This document shows, piece by piece, positions 61,651-64,000 of a stretch of DNA of 64,000 bases. A program made the translations under genes and the position numbers. Origin of the DNA: Lama guanicoe (Eukaryota). The notes under the pieces are model-generated. The model was given only the letters and a program-made list of their open reading frames with translations, made no database searches and was not told the origin of the DNA. The stretch lies in the NCBI GenBank assembly GCA_013239625.1, contig MU053136.1, positions 638,017-702,016 on the forward strand. Reading direction: 5' to 3'. Position 1 is the first letter of the stretch. Every line of letters begins with the position of its first letter.

Positions 61651-62435
61651 ATCGTCTTGGTTTTGAGCTCCACTGTCTTTATGTCATCTCCTGATCTAAG
61701 TGGCTTTCCAGTTTGGGGCAGTCAGCTTGAGCTAGTAGACAATTCCATCTAGAACCCAAGCCCCCAGCCCGTGGTCCAGACCATAATTCCCCCATTTGAG
61801 TAGAAAACCCCAGCACTCAGGTCTGTCCTCAGATTCCACACCGGGAACTGCTGGTGGCAGCTGCGGTTCTTCATTTTTTTGGAACCAGTCCTCGGATACC
61901 ATTATTTTAGGTCTGTTGGTTCAGTCCTTTTTCCAGTCCCAAGTTCCATGGGAATTGTTGGTGGTACACACAGTGACTTCTTTTGGCCAAGCTGCAGTAA
62001 TACATCTTGGTTACTGCTCGTGTGTTAAGCTGCACATGTTTGTTTGTCTCATTTATGTAGACAAAGGCTGCTATTGTTAATGGGAATCTTGGGAGCCAGA
62101 AAGTTGCAAAAATTGTTGGAGTTGTTGCCTGGCTGCCTTCTAACATCTGGCAATGGACAGGATGAGATAGGAGATGCAGACACAGAAGGGTCCTAGAGCC
62201 TGAGATGTTCCTACGTGTTGGAGGAGAGAGAGCTGGGATGACAAGGACTTCATATGGACCAGAAATGTGTGGATTTCCAATGTCTTAGGTGGTGGTGGTG
62301 TGGCAGGCAGGGCAGGTGGTCTTGGTTTGATGACAATTCTTGGGCAGGAGCGTTTGGGAGATTTGGAGGGTAACTGGTGCACTAAAGGAGAAGGGCAGGT
62401 GGAAGCAGGGCAGTGGGGCTCTTGAAAGAGGGAAG

Positions 62436-62781
62436 CAGAGGAGGAAAAATAATTTTCCCTCTACCCTTCTAGGTTCTGGGCTGAATAAATAATAAAAGAC
62501 AGATTGACAGGAAAAAAAGAAACGGAGGTTTAATCACATGTATACTTCCTGTCTACATGGGAGGTACCCAGGAAAACTAAGAGTTCCTACACATTTAGTT
62601 ATCTTTCTGGTACAGAGAGGGAGACACTCTTACAAATGGAGATTTCGCTTACAAATGTAAATATCTCTAACAAAAGGATAATTTCTCAGTTTTCAGAGCT
62701 TCTCTGCTGTCTGCTGCTTCTTGAAAAGAATCCTTATGTCAAAGAGGCACATTTGGGGATGTCAAGTTCTGCTCCCCTCCA
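62436..62781 (-). mobile_element. ERV1-class (MER34-like) LTR fragment
   Basis: 'gaaaaataattttccctctacccttctagg...aaagacagattgacagg...ttacaaatggagattt...tatgtcaaagaggcacatttgggg'. Confidence 0.6.
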
Positions 62782-63239
62782 AGGGGGGGACCAGCTGCTG
62801 GAAGCAGGCCTGGGCAGCCAAGGTGCGGTGGCACACAGCGGGATACTGTGAATTCCTTCATTTGGCCACCTCGCTGGAAGGGGAGGCCACAGTGAACTTT
62901 CAGAGTGGTCCACCATGGGCCCAGCTCTCAAGTATTTATTCATTCAGTTGTTCATTCATTCAAACGGGCTTTATTAAGTACCTATCATATGGACCAGAAA
63001 TGTGTGGTAAGTGCGGGGATGCAGTAATGTGCAGAACCACAGACCCCTGCCTTCAGGAAGCTCTCTGCCTAGTGGCGGAGCTATAAATTAGTCAATAATC
63101 TTACAACTTTTTGTAAAACTGTAACAGCAGATGTTTTGAGAGTAAACTTCTGGGAATATGAGACGTAGAACAGAGGAGGAGATTTAAGCTTAGAGTTGGG
63201 ATGGGGTTTTCACTTCTCCAGGTACCAGGGCGAGGAGGA

Positions 63240-64000
63240 AGTGGTCCTCCGCCGGGTGGATCGCCGCTTCAGAAAAGCCAGGCCTTGGGGATGGGGTCGG
63301 AAACATTCCCGCAACTGCTCCCGAGGGCCGGCCCGGGACCCCGGGTCGCGCGGGGCCCCGGGCGGCTGGGGGGCGGCCCGAGGCTTGGTGGCCTCTGCCC
63401 TCCGGCCTCGCGCCCGGCCCCGCCGCTGTTGGGGGGTGGGGTGGGGGGCGCTGCCTCCTCCCCGGCGGCTGGGGGCGCTGCGGCCGAGCGGACGGGAGCG
63501 GCCCGGGCCGGCGCGGCGAGCGGCGCGGCGGATGGAGGGTCTGGCCGCGGCCGGCGGCGCCGCCTCCTCGTCGGGCCGGGCACGGCGGGCCGGGGCCTTT
63601 GTGTGAGGCGGCGGCGGCGATGGTGCTCGGGCCCCGCGGAGCCGGGTAAGCGCGGCCGGGTGGAGGGTCAGCTGCCCTGGCCGAGGCCGGACCCCCGTCC
63701 CGGCCTTCCTCTCGCCCCCGCTGGGCTCCCCCCTGCCCGCACCCCGGCCGGCCCCGCCGCCGATCCCTTCGCCCCCCGCCCGACCCCGCGCCCCGCCGCG
63801 TCGCCCCCCACCCGCCGCCCGAGGTCGCCCCGCTGTTTGGGAGGCACCGAGGTACTTGGTGCTCCCCAGATGGAGTGCCCCAGCCCTACTGAACTCCCTT
63901 CCTCCCGGATTCGACCCTCCAGAGGGGAGACTGCGGCGCCACGGGGTTGTTGGGGTGCCTTCTCGGAAGTTCCGAATCCGTCCCCTACCGCTCCCCGCTC
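63240..64000 (+). promoter_or_regulatory. ZBTB39: CpG island with probable non-coding exon 1 of ZBTB39 (donor after 63645)
   Basis: Very GC- and CpG-rich, with donor GCCGG|gtaagc at 63645/63646. ZBTB39 follows TAC3 on the same strand in human. No coding exon is in the window, so the name is by synteny. Confidence 0.6.

Noticed and set aside
62080..62140. ATGGGAATCTTGGGAGCC as an ERV gag start
   Set aside because: The frame closes quickly and I see no gag motif; at most a decayed remnant.
63196..63606. Arg/Ala/Gly/Pro-rich ORFs on both strands
   Set aside because: Typical stop-poor CpG-island frames; only the ATG-initiated 24-aa part is kept as a candidate uORF.
1..64000. CRISPR arrays, operons or a novel multi-gene system
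   Set aside because: This is eukaryotic intron-exon DNA with a known gene order; I found no repeat-spacer array or unexplained coding block.

Overview
Mammalian genomic DNA. It is probably camelid, because a tRNA-Ala-derived SINE at 59438-59580 resembles Vic-1. The gene order matches human 12q13.3 as I recall it. Three complete, intact spliced genes lie on the + strand: NEMP1/TMEM194A (9 coding exons, 442 aa), MYO1A (27 coding exons, 1043 aa) and TAC3 (5 coding exons, 126-aa preprotachykinin B carrying neurokinin B). I traced all exon boundaries by hand; all are GT-AG and the phases sum to whole reading frames. The window ends in a CpG island with a probable non-coding first exon of ZBTB39 (named by synteny only) and starts in GC-rich DNA that probably flanks NAB2. 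Introns and intergenic DNA hold L1, L2, MIR, MER5A, Tigger2-like and LTR relics. I see no convincing new biological system. The most notable oddities are an LTR inserted backwards into a same-family LTR upstream of ZBTB39, an overlapping uORF at the NEMP1 start, a vestigial second tachykinin in TAC3 and upstream ATGs in the putative ZBTB39 exon 1. Repeat names and cross-species comparisons are from memory, not from a search.
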